Source: an uncultured beta proteobacterium
GTDB lineage: Bacteria; Pseudomonadota; Gammaproteobacteria; Burkholderiales; JACQAP01
NCBI GenBank assembly: GCA_963846655.1
Contig: CAWJWT010000002.1
Location: forward strand, 957,870 to 1,021,869
DNA: 64,000 nt
Reading direction: 5' to 3'
Shown: one piece after another, positions 63,889 through 64,000 of the stretch
Layout of the letters: every line of letters starts with the position of its first letter
Position numbering within the stretch: position 1 is the stretch's first letter
Notes under the pieces: generated by a model
What the model was told of the DNA's origin: nothing
Seen by the model: the letters and a program-made list of their open reading frames with translations, nothing else
The model's database searches: none
Program-made: the position numbers and the translations under genes

Positions 63889-64000
63889 CTGCGGCCCCCG
63901 CGCCAGGCCTTCGAGGTGGTGGAGCGCGGTCACGATCTCCGGCTGGTACCGCGAAAGCCACCCGCAGACCGTCGGCCCCTGCTCGCCGAAGGTGGCGAGG
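63805..64000 (-). CDS. partial CDS (C-terminal 65 aa), unknown function, runs off the window
   Basis: My own translation gives LATFGEQGPTVCGWLSRYQPEIVTALHHLEGLARGPQGLAELLRAAGPGALAQIGRILAARQPD*. Confidence 0.45.
   Translation of the reverse strand, partial: LATFGEQGPTVCGWLSRYQPEIVTALHHLEGLARGPQGLAELLRAAGPGALAQIGRILAARQPD

Overview
No searches or computations were run. All family calls come from reading the supplied ORF translations and the DNA by eye, and GC values are estimates.

The window has two very different parts.

(1) Positions 1 to ~38,500 (~60-63% GC) look like ordinary proteobacterial chromosome.
- Metabolic and signalling genes: Usp proteins, an enolase-superfamily enzyme, a MetE-like methyltransferase, a PAS/GAF hybrid histidine kinase, two paralogous degenerate EAL proteins, a SleB-like hydrolase, cupins, a GST and a YVTN beta-propeller protein.
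- A probably sigma-54-driven amide/urea ABC transporter plus formamidase cluster.
- From ~29.3 kb, a toxin-antitoxin (TA) island with five TA pairs plus remnants. It surrounds a DUF2868/DUF3482-GTPase pair.
- Almost every intergenic gap in this part holds an unusual repeat family. Arms of tandem 8-9-nt 'words' (CGTCACGN / CATTCACGA) flank ~45-bp double-hairpin units. There are sister families built from CTCAGTCCTCAG, CCCTCG and GGCAGA words.

(2) Positions ~38,800-64,000 (~70% GC) follow a ~300-bp AT-rich junction, lack those repeats, and resemble a decayed defence or mobile island.
- hsdM-hsdS-(Abi_C/HEPN-like)-hsdR.
- A metallophosphoesterase and an aldo/keto reductase.
- A non-canonical grpE-hsp70-(~780 aa unknown)-J-like(HPD->PPE) operon.
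- An intact IS4-family element and an FHA protein.
- A repeat-bounded mosaic of TA modules (HicB-like, UPF0175/DUF3368, BrnT/BrnA, orphan RHH) with convergent iteron-like 20-bp arrays.

Nearly every long gene in part 2, and a clustered subset in part 1, changes reading frame. This could be real pseudogenisation or assembly indels, and the sequence alone cannot tell which.

No rRNA, tRNA or CRISPR array was recognised.

Best candidates for something undescribed:
- the chaperone-like four-gene operon;
- the word-arm repeat family that brackets the TA cassettes;
- the iteron-like arrays within the TA mosaic.
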